The notes under the pieces: generated by a model
What the model was told of the DNA's origin: nothing
Seen by the model: only the letters and a program-made list of their open reading frames with translations
The model's database searches: none
Shown: piece by piece, positions 14,444 through 36,910 of the stretch
How positions within the stretch are numbered: position 1 is the first letter of the stretch
Layout: every line of letters begins with the position of its first letter
Made by a program: the position numbers and the translations under genes
Assembly (NCBI GenBank): GCA_965153355.1
Contig: OZ231126.1
Coordinates: forward strand, 44,702,001 to 44,766,000
From: Flaccisagitta enflata
Lineage: Eukaryota
Direction of reading: 5' to 3'
Length of the DNA: 64,000 bases

Positions 14444-14560
14444 ATTGTTGTTGTTGTTGTTTTTGTTGTTGTTGTTGTTGAGGTTGTTGTTGTGTTGTTG
14501 TGGACTTATGGTTGTTTTGTTATTTTCTGAGTGGGTTAAGCTGCAACGAAATTGCACAAA

Positions 14561-15216
14561 ACAAGGCCAGATTCACGGCTACCCCAGTCGTGTGCGGGTC
14601 GGCAGGGTGGAAAGGGGTGGTTTGGGGGTGCTGGAGTTGCGATAGGTAATTTTACTTGATAGGTGGTGATTTAGAGCTATTTTGTGGGTGGAAAGGGGTG
14701 GTTTGGGGGTGCTGGAGTTGCGATAGGTAATTTTACTTGATAGGTGGTGATTTAGAGCTTTTTTGTGGGTGGAAAGGGGTGGTTTGGGGGTGCTGGAGTT
14801 GCGATAGGTAATTTTACTTGATAGGTGGTGATTTAGAGCTATTGTGTGGGTGGAAAGGGGTGGTTTGGGGGTGCTGGAGTTGCGATAGGTAATTTTACTT
14901 GATAGGTGGTGATTTAGAGCTATTGTGTGGGTGGAAAGGGGTGGTTTTGGGGTGCTGGAGTTGCGATAGGTAATTTTACTTGATAGGTGGTGATTTAGAG
15001 CTATTGTGGGTAGTGATTGAGAAGGTCACTCGCGCATTTGGGCAGGGGTAGTGAGCTCGAAAAGCTCATAAATACCAATAAAGTAAAACTAAAAAGAGGA
15101 CCAACGGACCGACCGACAAACTGACAAACCAACCAACCGACCGACCAATGAACGGACCGACATACGAACGAACGGACATACCATAGCGAGGTGTATAGTC
15201 GCTTAGCACGCGACTA
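14561..15216 (-). mobile_element. HINE-like family A copy carrying an internal 81-bp tandem array
   Basis: acaaggcc..cagtcgtgtgcgggtcggcaggg start, (GACC)n tract and agtcgcttagcacgcgactaaaa end, enclosing the array. Confidence 0.7.
14605..15011. repeat. G-rich minisatellite, 5 x 81 bp
   Basis: Unit starts gggtggaaaggggtggtttgggggtgctggag at 14605, 14686, 14767, 14848 and 14929; copies nearly identical. Confidence 0.95.
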
Positions 15217-15229
15217 AAAATGAAAAAAA

Positions 15230-15322
<93 letters not shown>

Positions 15323-15429
15323 AAAAAAAAACAAAGAAACAAAGAAACAAAGAAACAAAGAAACAAAGAAACAACGAAACAACGAAACAACGAAACAACG
15401 AAACAAAGAAAGAAGGAAAGAAAATAAAT

Positions 15430-15517
<88 letters not shown>

Positions 15518-15881
15518 AACGTACAAAATTAAAAAAGAAAGAAAAGCAGAAATGAAGAAAGAACTGCGCAACAAAATCGTGAATTGAATGTAAGAGTATC
15601 GAGGCGGGTTTTTTCGACGTTCGCTCAAAACGCCTCCTGGCATTGAGTCGCCGGTTTGAACACCGCGTGACCGCCGCGCCTCCTCATTGCCCGCTCATTG
15701 CCTCCTCACCTCCTTACCGCAATACCATCGCAACATCTGCTCATTGCTTACCGCATTACCACCACCGCGCCTCCTCATTGCCTGTTTATTGCCTCCTCAC
15801 CTCGCAATATCACCGCAACATCCGCTCATTGCCTGCATGTATTGCCACCCTCCGGCTTTGTCCCTCAATACCAACAACATA

Positions 15882-16320
15882 CAGTACCATAGGAGCAATG
15901 AGAACCTCAGATGGAGGGTCATTTCCTGCTTCAGTATTCTAATGAAGTAGCTTCAATTATGGTTTTTCTGAAAGCTGATGAGCAAGAGCTTTAAGTGAAT
16001 ATAGTTTTATTCCTCTAGCTCGAACTGTTGACCAAAAAGAAAAAAAGTGCAGCACCACTCGGACTTTGAACCTGTGACACTGAAGAGAGAGAAATTTACT
16101 TTCTCAAGTTCACCACTCTATCTATAGAGCTATCGCGCCACATGCAATTTAAAGATATCAATTGGCGGATTTCCTTTGAATCACTTGGTTTGGAATTTTG
16201 TGTTCACTCAATACCTTGGACCATCAGCTTTCAGAAAAACCAAAGCTTTAGGTTCTTCCTTTAACTAGTGAGAATATAGAGGGCCCTCTTTCTACTGCTC
16301 TTATTGCTCCCATCGTACTG
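15882..16320. mobile_element. TA-flanked CAGT-ended MITE containing a tRNA-derived segment
   Basis: TA|CAGTACCATAGGAGCAATGAGA ... CTCTTATTGCTCCCATCGTACTG|TA; inner IR ggtttttctgaaagctgatg / catcagctttcagaaaaacc. Confidence 0.8.
16047..16141 (-). pseudogene. Degenerate tRNA-derived sequence (tRNA-Tyr-like, with intron-like insert) followed by T7
   Basis: Minus strand GGCGCGATAGCTCTATAGATAGAGTGGTGAACTTGAGA...GTCACAGGTTCAAAGTCCG: A-box-like and B-box-like motifs, D-stem GCTC/GAGT; stems imperfect. Confidence 0.5.
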
Positions 16321-17148
16321 TACCTGCTCATTACTTCCCCACCTTCTAGTCTTATACCGTACCTCTTCATTGTTTTTTATTACTACCACTTAACTTCGTT
16401 TTGACCATTGTCGCATCCCCTTTAATGGCACCTCACCAAACGCATAACCACCATCAAACCTCCTCATCTCTTTGCCACAGCCAATGTCATCACATATTTT
16501 CATCTTCTTTTAACAAAAATGCACGCGTGCAACTTTTATTCAATTGGTTTCAATCGAAGACCATCCATTTTCCCTATATTACCATAATGTCTTTATAGGA
16601 TCTATCGCTGCCGCAACCGCACCTCTTCAAGCTCCCCATCAACGTTCCACAGCAACTCACAGTGACTACAGGGCACTGCTACCCCCTTCAGCTTGTGACA
16701 TATCACTTTTGCATGTCTCTCGTTCAGGTCCAATCAATTTTGACCTGGAACATGACCCAGTCATTTTACGTTTTTCTCTGTCTTGGTATAACTCGGGTAG
16801 ATAATGATCATCTCCAGTCTTATTCAAATGAATTCTAATTACCGAGAGTCACCCCAATCTCACATCCGCAGTTGCCTCATACATTTTCTAATACCACCTC
16901 ACCAACAACCCCTCCCCCCCGCCCCCGACATCTCTTCCCAAGACATCTCCCCCCCTCCCCACATTGACATCTCCGCCCCCCCCCCCGTCTCTGCTCTCTC
17001 TCAATATACGCGTACCGCCATTCTTTATGTAGCCGAGTTGGTCGGAGAATCAAAGGTTGATTGAATCATTTACAAGATGTTCGGGGTTCTAAGAAGCCGC
17101 TTTGACCCCGGAGACCGCCGCGGACCCGAAGGCCGAGCCTCCTGTGGG

Positions 17149-17195
<47 letters not shown>

Positions 17196-17209
17196 CCATC
17201 GAATACTTG

Positions 17210-22300
<5,091 letters not shown>

Positions 22301-22572
22301 AAAACCCCCATTTCTGCGGCTGCCCACGGGGCAGGCAGAGGCAGGCGCTCTTTCTCTCCATCTCTTTTCTCTCAGGCGTTCGAAGGCTCGCGCTTTGCGC
22401 GGTTACATCATGAATGTTAATGAGAACGACGTTTGCCGGTCCGTCGGTCCGTCGGCCGGATGAAATGACCGGCCCCGGCCCGATCACCGGCTCTACGCCG
22501 ACGAGAAGCGTCTCGAGCGCCCTTTGCTCGACTAGCGGTTTATATCCGAAACTTATTTTCTTTCTTTTCTTT

Positions 22573-22608
<36 letters not shown>

Positions 22609-22853
22609 ACTCTCAAAACTATAAAGAGAGTAGAAAGCGTGAAGAAATAAAAGATCAGCAATGGAGTTTTGAACAAATTAGATTCTTGAAGAAAACCAAG
22701 TAAAAAAATTGAGAAGAAATTATTGCTTTCGGAAAAAAAACAAAAAAAAAAAAAAAAAAAACAATTACAAAAAACCGGAAGAAAAATTCTTTGCTTGATT
22801 ATGAAGGCCAAAGCGTCATCCACTCTTCCTTCCAGGCTTCCGGCGGCATGCTA

Positions 22854-22940
22854 AATCCCGCGCCACGCTCAATCCCGCGCCACGCTCCATCCCGCACCAC
22901 GCTCAATCCCGCGCCATTCCTGCGACATGCTCAATCCGTT
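22854..22940. repeat. 17-bp minisatellite (aatcccgcgccacgctc) x4-5
   Basis: Directly visible tandem copies. Confidence 0.8.
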
Positions 22941-23971
22941 GCGCTTCCATCCTGCCCTTAAAATCACTCACGGGAAAAAGAAGAAGGATACGCTAAAAAA
23001 AAAAGGGAGAGAGTAATTAATTGCCTTGTTGATGGAATAATGGGATAAAAGAGATGACGTGACGTCACGCATCTACGCCAAAGATACAATGACAGATGGC
23101 GACGATAAAGAAGACGATGACAATTTACGTATAAACGCTTTTCATCGAGCAACGTTTTTCATTGAGCAACAACGTCGATAACAAACAAGGAAAACGCTAG
23201 ATGATGACGATTATGAAAAAGTGGAAGATGAAGTTGACATTATCAAAGACGAGGACGACAAAGACAATGGATACGTGATTACCTATTAAACGGCACCCCA
23301 GTCGCGGATGGTTTGGCAGAAACGGTAACGCAAAAACCGCTCGCAATCGAACAAGCCCGACCGGGCAACGATGCGCCCGGGCTGTGTCTCAGCGTGTATT
23401 GATCATGTGACATATGTATGGAGAGACAGATGGACGAACAGACGGGTGTAACGACTCTCAAAACATGTTGGTTGATCATTTGTTTCAGTGTAGGATCTCA
23501 CCGTGGCCAAAAACAGCCGAGAAACGCGGTTTTTGCACAGGCGTAACGGACGGAGCGACGGACGGACCGACGGACGGACGGATCGACGGACGAACCGACG
23601 GACGGACCGCCGGACGGAAAGACCCTCTTATAGAGATGCGTTCCTGACGGACGCATCTAACAATGCGACCGTCCGACACAGTAAGTCTGAAAATGACACC
23701 GAACCCGATAACGACGATGACAATGAAGACAACGCCGACAACGAAAATGACGGCGACGACCACGAAAATGAGACTGTGATGGCGCTTTTGACGGGATATT
23801 TCGACGGCATCGCGTCTCCATGATGACGATTATGGGTGTCACACGTGGCTTAACGAGGACACCATAGAATCGGGGTCAGCACGGGGTCAAAAAAAGAAGA
23901 AGAAGGGCTGAGGATCCAAATGCCTCACTCCCCAATCCGACGGCTAGTGACGAAGATCACCCCTTGTTAAG

Positions 23972-24602
<631 letters not shown>

Positions 24603-25769
24603 TGCCGCACACAACACATTACACACACATGATGTTATTGCTGTTGTAATTTTCGTTGTTATCGTTATAACTTCTTTTGGCAAAAGGCAGTCGATATGTC
24701 ATACGCCCTGCGTCGTGTCGTGTAACACCCGCAATAGACGTCAGGGATCCTTTAACTGTATATAGGCGTAGCTCCCATTCGAGTAATATTCAAAAAGATT
24801 AAGACCAGGAATTGATCGTGACTGTTCGTGACTGATCGTCATGTGTGGAAATCGATGTTTTTTAGAAGCCAAAGAATTTTTCGTAATTCGACGAATTACA
24901 TCATACTTTTCGAGGCTTTTGCCTTTGTTACTTACTATTTAATAAAAATACGAATGACATAAAAAAGTTTACTTTCGAGGTAATCAAAGCTTTAGATCTA
25001 GAAAATGGATTTCTTTTTTCTGAAGGCAGTAGAGTTGTTGAACATTTCGGACGATATGCAAATTAGGATGTCATGCGATGAATTTGACAGTGACAACTGC
25101 AACTGGGGGCACAATGCGTTCTGTTGTTGAACATTTCGTACAATATGAAAATTAGGATGTCATGCGATGAATTTAACAGTGACAACTGCAACTGGGGGCA
25201 CAATACGTTCTGTGTTTTATTAACACTGTTGTTGTTTTTTTGATTTTGTTTTTGTTTTTGTTTTTGTTTTTGTTTTTGTTTTTGTTTTTGTTTTTGTTTT
25301 TGTTTTTGTTTTTGTTTTTGTTTTTGTTTTTGTTGTTGATTTTGTTGTTGTCGCTGCTGTCGCAACCACAGCACGACGTAAAACCGGAATGGACGAGAAG
25401 AAATACGGGGCCGGATAGTGGATACACGGCTTGCCTATTCGTGTGTGGGTGGGCACTGGACAGGTGCGGTGATGAAATTGACAATTGGCAATTGGGCAGG
25501 AGCAATGATGCAAAAACCGACCCAAGAATACCGGACTAACATAATGTGTTAAAGATTCGCGCAGCATGCAACTGAAAACGGCCGAAAGCCACCAAATGAA
25601 AACTTTCGACAATTAGCTAGGAAAAAAAGCCATGTTTCCCCTTCCAGAAAAATCACCTCAAACCTAATTTTGTGTCATTTGTTTGATCGCCGTCCGGGTC
25701 AAAGGTCAACCCTCAAATAGGATGTCTAATGCGCCATCTCTATTCTCATTTACATCCGCCCACACGAGT

Positions 25770-25857
<88 letters not shown>

Positions 25858-26394
25858 GAGAGAGAGAGAGAGAGAGAGGGGAAAAAAAGTAGCCGGGATA
25901 AAGGAAGATGAATAATTGTTGATGAGGATTGTTGGTGTCCATTGAAATGACCACTAGGACTTAGATCGCCAATTCGTAGAATCGGGGCAAAAGGCAGGAG
26001 AAACATGGCCAGATATAGGACCAATAAGCAGTTGCCTGTGTTTGGGCCGCGGGGGGAAGGGGGGTGATGCTCACAAATTATCGTTTCGGCCAATTTAGCG
26101 TTACGGATGGACTGCCCCACCCTACTTTCCTAGGAAATCTCTTATATATAGAGTTGCTTAGCAAGCGACTGGAAAGGATGGATAAATGGAGGGACCAACC
26201 GACGGACCGATACCCCATTGGTTATTGTACAGATTGAGAAATACCAGAAGCTTAGCAAGAATTCACCACGAAATACGGCTAAAATATTTCTTCTACTCAG
26301 CTTTCATCTCACCGTCACACTTGATCATTCTTGTCTCGACACAGATACCCAGGCCATTTTTCCTCGTAACGGTGGTCAATGTCAGATTATCTCT

Positions 26395-26444
<50 letters not shown>

Positions 26445-26485
26445 GACCACGTGTTTTCGTGTCTTTGTATTCCTACATCGTCAAA

Positions 26486-28381
26486 ATGCCTAACTCGATC
26501 AAAAGCCTCCTCACTACACACCCATACAGCCTTAAGGACTGTCTCGAACATGTATGCTCTAAACTCAAACTCCCAACCGACGGTACTGTAAAAAATCTGC
26601 GAAAGCGTATCCTCACACATGTAAAAGAAAACGAAGAATCGGAGGAGAAAGTTAGAAGGATTTCAATGAGCTATAAAATAAAACATCCAAAATCTCCTAC
26701 GCAAAGGCATCTACGAACTGAACCAACGCCATATCCACTGTCTCCATTGGTCAGGGTTGGGAACAAGACGCAACCAAAAAACATTCCTACTGGCCCACAA
26801 AATGCAGCTACCCAAAACCCATTGTTTAGCCAGTCATTTTCACAGCCATTTTCACAGCCTAACCTATTTGATGACACGCAAACAAGTGAACGAAGACTAA
26901 GCATTGCCGAAGTCACCAAAGAAATCGATGAGCTTACGGAAATTTTAGAACTTGAAGGAATTGCCGACAAATTGATAAGAAATAAAGAAACCAAAGACGA
27001 CGACAACGACGAAGAAGACGACGACGAAGAAGATGATGATTCTGACGATAATGAAGAAGACTCAGAGGATGACGTTTTCCATGCCACAGAGAATGCCAGA
27101 AGTCGCAAGGTGCAACCTCCATTCACACATCTTGAGCAAACATTCTGGTATGATAATGGCCCAAAAGACGATATGATTGAAATGATGGATAAAAAGTTAC
27201 AATCAATACAGGACCATTGTGACCAATCAATCAAACTCCAAGCCGAAAAACATGACCGAGACATAAAACAAATTGAGGAAAAATTAGACAAGGCTAACGC
27301 TCACATTCAAAGCCTCAATGACGAATACCACGAAAGAGTGAAAAATCTATATGAAACTATTTCAAACCTCTCAGATGAAGTTAAGAAACTTCGCGAAAAA
27401 CGACCAAGTCTTATCTCAAACCCTGCCATCTCAAATGATACGCTAGAGACTGAAGTTCTACCATCTCATACTCCCATATCTTCTGACATACTCCCAGCAA
27501 CTACGCCCTCAAAAGAAGCTACACCTTTACAAGCTCTACCCACAAAGAATCTTCCTGAAGCCCCACACACAAGCGAAATCCACCACCCAGTTACTTTGCC
27601 CACAAGAGATGACACAAGTGATGTAACTTCCCCTAAAACACTCCCAGCAACAATAGACGTACCCACACCCAATTCACCAATAAACATCCAAGAAGAGTCA
27701 GCGAATATAAGGGTAATATCTCAGACAACAAAATCTGTCCCCGACACCCAGCCTGATATTATCATCGTTGCTGACTCTAACGGCAAGCACTTGGACCCAA
27801 AACTTATTCACGATACAAAGAAGGTATCGATTGAAAGAAAGCCTTACCTAGTGCATGCCATTCCAGAACACAATGATCCTCAAAAAGTTACAGATATTGT
27901 TGTGCTAACAGGTATCAACGACCTTAGATATGACCCAATACCAGTCGTCATCAACAGACTAGACAACACTTGTCGCCAATATCAGAAAAAGTTCCCCAAC
28001 GCCAAAATACATATAGGTAGTATCGCACCCGCTAATCCTACATGCATACAGTACAATGCCCACCTTGAAAACCTTGCCAACAAACGTGGGGTGCCATTTA
28101 TCTCCACAGCGGAGATGTTCGATGAGAGGGGAAATGTAAAACCAGGCTTAGTTAAGATAAATGACGTTCACTACACTCCAAAAGGCATAATTCCACTGGC
28201 AAGACAAATCAAAAGAAGTCTATATGGATACAGAAGGACAACCACTCAAGCAAGCCATATCCCCCCACTTGGCCCTCTACCAATGCATCAACGTCACACA
28301 CAGCATGACATCGACCCAAACCAAGTCCAGGTTTTGAGAAATATCGTCAACATGGCACTCGCATTCCTTCCAAACCAATGA
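26486..28381 (+). CDS. LINE ORF1p (631 aa): SAP-like motif, acidic tract, coiled coil, Pro/Thr linker, SGNH esterase
   Basis: Likely start aaaATG at 26486 (MPNSIKS). SAP-like LEHVCSKLKLPTDGTVKNLRKRIL; heptads IKQIEEKLDKANAHIQSLNDEYHERVKNLYETISNLSDEVKKL; SGNH blocks IIIVADSN, VLTGINDL and NDVHYTPKG. Confidence 0.85.
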   Translation: MPNSIKSLLTTHPYSLKDCLEHVCSKLKLPTDGTVKNLRKRILTHVKENEESEEKVRRISMSYKIKHPKSPTQRHLRTEPTPYPLSPLVRVGNKTQPKNIPTGPQNAATQNPLFSQSFSQPFSQPNLFDDTQTSERRLSIAEVTKEIDELTEILELEGIADKLIRNKETKDDDNDEEDDDEEDDDSDDNEEDSEDDVFHATENARSRKVQPPFTHLEQTFWYDNGPKDDMIEMMDKKLQSIQDHCDQSIKLQAEKHDRDIKQIEEKLDKANAHIQSLNDEYHERVKNLYETISNLSDEVKKLREKRPSLISNPAISNDTLETEVLPSHTPISSDILPATTPSKEATPLQALPTKNLPEAPHTSEIHHPVTLPTRDDTSDVTSPKTLPATIDVPTPNSPINIQEESANIRVISQTTKSVPDTQPDIIIVADSNGKHLDPKLIHDTKKVSIERKPYLVHAIPEHNDPQKVTDIVVLTGINDLRYDPIPVVINRLDNTCRQYQKKFPNAKIHIGSIAPANPTCIQYNAHLENLANKRGVPFISTAEMFDERGNVKPGLVKINDVHYTPKGIIPLARQIKRSLYGYRRTTTQASHIPPLGPLPMHQRHTQHDIDPNQVQVLRNIVNMALAFLPNQ

Positions 28382-28399
28382 TGGTTACCCAAATCCCAC

Positions 28400-32464
<4,065 letters not shown>

Positions 32465-32501
32465 TTGCTCGCTTTTGTTCATATTACCGATGTTTTTGGT
32501 C

Positions 32502-32534
<33 letters not shown>

Positions 32535-32880
32535 ATGACATGTGATAGGGGTTTTCTATCCAAGTGGGATTTGATATAATTCATGGGCAATGGCAAACAT
32601 AAGCTGGCCCTTGTACGCTTAACTGTGTAAATTCTTGTAGATTTATTTATTGGAGGGTAAATGTGTACAGAAACTGTAGAATAGATTAAAAAATGTGATG
32701 GAAATCATGTCCTTGTACTACCTATTGTACAAAAGTGTCATCGCTTTATTGGACATTATAAATCAAATCAAATCAAATCAAATCTCTCTCTCTCTCTCCT
32801 CATGTTTTAATGTTTCAAAAAGAAATTCATGACAGATGAAATTTAAGAGAGATTTTGGGACTTGGGAGTAATGCAAGGGA

Positions 32881-32926
<46 letters not shown>

Positions 32927-32937
32927 GAGATAGAGAT

Positions 32938-33017
<80 letters not shown>

Positions 33018-33402
33018 AGAGAGAAAGAATTTATGTTCTACAGCTGAAAACGTACCTAATGGTGATAAAAATTTACCTAAAATGACTCAGAATGACTTAG
33101 AATGAATTAGTATACCCTTAAATGACTTATAATGAAATAAAATTGATAATAAAGTAAAAGTGTGACGGACCAACTGACAGAGCGAGTCGACCGACCGACC
33201 AACGGACAGACGGACGGACAAAGCGTGGTATAGACTCTATGAATATCACTGGAAGGCACTGGGAGCGAAATGATTTTTGCCGTTTTTGAAGGTAGGGTTA
33301 GTGCATGACGCAATAAGTAAACATTTATCTGTGGGTAAGAATCAACTCATTTTAAAGCAGGCCATGGGCTTGATCAACGTAAATCCAAAGATTTTTACAT
33401 GA

Positions 33403-34717
33403 CACCCCCCTCTGGATAGCCCCCCAAAGAAAAATCAAAAAAACGTTTCTGGGGACTTCAAGATCTATCATCTTGGATGTCTTGACTACCCAAAAGAACA
33501 TCAGACTAAATCATTTGAATGCAAAATTTTGAAAAAAATCTTTTTTTTTCAAAAATCAAGCATTTTTTAGTATATTTAGCACATTTTCTATTCATATAGC
33601 TTCCTAAACTTTAGAAAATACCTAAAAAGTGTAGGGGTACCTGATATGCAACTGTTTTTACCATTTCAAGCTAGTTTTGGTTAATATTTTGAAGATTAAA
33701 GCAAAAACATAGCAGAAAAACAACAAATTAAGCCTTTTCTTAACATTTTCTCTGCCCGAAATTGTTCTAGCTACTTCAAAAAACCCTGGAAATTATAAAA
33801 AACATGAGGGAACAGTTGAACTACATACAAATATCTATCACTTAAAAGTTTAAAAATAACCTAGAAATAATGAATTTATGTATTTTTTGGTATTTTCAAG
33901 CCTCATCATGATTAAATTGCTTTTTAAATATTTTGCTTAGATAAAGATATATGAAATATGTATTTTCATCATTATCTTTTTACATATATCTTTTTACATA
34001 TATTTTATTGTTTTTCAGTTTTAATTGTAAACATCCGACTTTACACCTTAAGATAAAATCATGCTTTTAGTAACTTTGATATTTAATCAAATATCTTCAA
34101 AAATGCAAACTAGTGAATTATATATAAAAATATATGTAATGCATACAATAATGCCTCTATAAAATAGTTTGAGGGTATTTAAAGCTCAAAAACCTTAAAT
34201 CATTAAAAAAGGTTTAAATCTACTGTTTTTAAGTCATTTTTCAAACTTAAGTGGTAGATATTTCATCAAACTTGCTAAAAACAGTGAAATCATTCGTAGC
34301 TCAACTGCTATCACACAATTTTTATAGTTTACATGGTTTTTGAAGTAACTGGAACAATTTCAGGCAAAAAAATGTTAAAAAAGGGCTTAATTTGCTGTTT
34401 TTTTGCCTTTTTTTTTGCTCTAATCTTCAAAATATTAACCATAACTAGCTTGAAAAGGTAAAAGCAGTTGTATATCAAGTACCCCTACACTTTTCAGGTA
34501 TTTTCTGAAGTTTAAGTAACTATATGAATGGAAAAAGTGCTAAAAATGCTAAAAAATGCTTGATTTTTGAACAAAATATGACTTTTTTCAAAATTTTGCT
34601 TTCAAATGATTTAGTCTGATGTTCTTTTGGGTAGCCAAAACATCCTAGATGATAGTTTTTAGGGTCCCCAGAAACGGTTTTTTGATTTTTCTTTGGGGGG
34701 CTATCCAGAGGGGGGTG
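33403..34717. mobile_element. Foldback element with about 450-bp inverted arms
   Basis: cacccccctctggatagccccccaaagaaaaatcaaaaaacgtttctggggac mirrored by gtccccagaaacggtttttgattttt..gggggctatccagagggggg tg; arms continue to about 33860 and from about 34232. Confidence 0.85.
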
Positions 34718-35772
34718 ATGATCTACGCTGCAGATCTCTGCGGATCACAATTCAAGTGGGTATTCTAAGCAAAATTCGAACCCATGCAGATTCTTGCTCC
34801 TGACCTTTTTCATGGTGGCTGTTACTGGTAAATAACTCGCATTTGTTCTTCATTGTATATATACTACCATTGGCATTTAAAGTCAGCTGGTTATGTCATA
34901 CAGCAAGGTCGAGAAAAAAACTTTTTTCGGTCACTTTTGTTTCAATTTTTTGCATCGAATAGTCCACTATGAACCAAAAAAATGGTCGTATATGCTTCTT
35001 GGAGTCTCACACCATTCCCACAATAAGAATTGGTCTGCAGTTGGACATTTTACTGCATGGAAAACAGTCTATACAACGAGGAAAGCCGGTGAACGAGTAA
35101 ATTGTGCATGAGAATAATTTTATGCGATCATTTTTTTATTTTTGTCTCCGGTACAGTTTTGGAACTTAGATCGTTTTTTTCTACCAAATGTCGTTATAAT
35201 GATGATAACTGACTGTGGAAATTTTTTCCACCATGATTTTTACTGTTTTGTCACCCTAAGCCTTTATCACCTGAGGGTGGTCGGGTGTCAAAAGAAATTC
35301 TTAAAAAACGCAGAAGGAAGTTTATTATTTTTGTTTAAGATACTTTCCGTCGGAAATAAGCTATGAAATTTTTACTGTAGTCGTGGAACATGTTCAACTA
35401 CTTGCATGTCAATTTTTATGGTTCTAGGCCAATTTTAAGTATCGATTTCTTTCCCTGGATTCTTAAAAACGTTGCAAAAAAGCATTTTCGAAAAAAAGAT
35501 TTTTTGGCTCGTAAATAACAAATCTGTGAAATGGACAAACTTTTTGCATTTTTAAAAACACATGACTCGAGATATAGTAATTTGCTAGCGTCGCATGTTT
35601 TTGGATTTTCCATATTTTCATTTTCTATGCAAATTTGTTATTTACAGTGAGTATGGGTAAAGTGGATTTTTTGCTCTGCCAAAAAAGCGACAAAATGAAA
35701 ACAACATCAGCAACGTTACTGGACAGATGTGGAGCCTTGCATTTGATAACTGGGCTTGGTATTATTGCAATT

Positions 35773-35831
<59 letters not shown>

Positions 35832-35871
35832 AGAGAAAAAGAAAAAAAGAGGAAGAAAAAAAAACTAGGAA

Positions 35872-35926
<55 letters not shown>

Positions 35927-36218
35927 GAAGAAAAAAGAAAAAAAGGAAGAAAAAAAAAGGGAATAAGGAAAAAGGGAAAAAAGAAAAAAGAAAAAAAAAG
36001 GGAAAAAAGAACGAATGAAACAAATAGACCCAATGAAAGTAGAAACACAGTGAGAAATATGGAAAGAAAGAAAGAAAGAATGAAAGATAGATAGATAGAA
36101 AGTAAGGAAGAAGAAAGACGAAATGAAAGAGGGAGAGAAAATAGGAAAATAGAAAAGGAAGAAGGGAAGAGGAAGAAAAAAAAAGATAGAAACAAAGAAA
36201 CAAAGAAACAAAGAAAAT

Positions 36219-36813
36219 AGTCGCAAAAGCGTTAGATGGTCAGCGGTACCCGTGCCCTGCCTAAGTTGGTTGTGGTTGAAGTTGAGGGGGGAGCAGGGCA
36301 GCGGCCCCGAAGGGGTCGATTCACACATATGGGGGATTTTCTCCTCCTCCTCCTCCTTCTTCTTCTCCTCCTCCTCCTCCGTCCCTCCCCCTCAAATCCC
36401 AGTCCCGAGGCCCAAATCCCAGTCTCGAGGCCCAAATCCCAGTCTTGAGGCCCAAATCCCAGCCTCAAGGCCCAAATCCTAGCCTCAAGGCCTAAATCCT
36501 AGCCTGGAGGCTGAGATTTGGGCCTCAAGGTTGGGATCTGGGCCTCCTGGCTGAGATTTTGACCTTGAGGCTGAGATTTGGGCGTCACGGCTGAAATCTG
36601 GGCCTCCAGGCTAGGATTTAGGCCTTGAGGCTAGGATTTGGGCCTTGAGGCTGGGATTTGGGCCTCAAGACTGGGATTTGGGCCTCGGGACTGGGATTTG
36701 AGGGGGGTGGACGGAGAAGAAGGAGGAGAAGAAGAAGAAGGAGGAGGAGGAGGAGAAAATCCCCCATATGTGTGAAAGCATAGGTCATCGACCCCTTCGG
36801 GGCCGCTGCCCAA
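36219..36813 (-). mobile_element. Family B asymmetric-TIR (HINE-like) element with inverted 21-bp minisatellite arrays
   Basis: Terminal and subterminal IR gggcagcggccccgaaggggtcga, (CTC)n/(GAG)n, arrays of gaggcccaaatcccagcctc in both orientations, unique tail with gggcacgggtaccgctgac, A/T-rich flanks. Confidence 0.75.
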
Positions 36814-36852
36814 AAAGAAAAAAGAGAAAGAAAGAAAGAAGGAAAGAAAGAG

Positions 36853-36887
<35 letters not shown>

Positions 36888-36910
36888 GGAAGAAAGAAAG
36901 AAAGAAAAAT

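Noticed and set aside
15970-15995. CTGATGA hammerhead-like core (also near 7074, 57469, 59480)
   Set aside because: No correctly placed GAAA with stems I-III; here it is part of a MITE inverted repeat.
22510-22536. Hairpin tcgagc-gcccttt-gctcga followed by CTAG, like a Helitron 3' end
   Set aside because: The hairpin abuts CTAG without the usual spacer, the next base is not T, and no matching 5' TC end was identified.
26186-26485. N-terminal 100 aa of the 731-aa ORF in the track
   Set aside because: Runs through a HINE-like fragment and (CT)n (SLSLSL); the ATG at 26486 in aaaATG context is the more plausible start.
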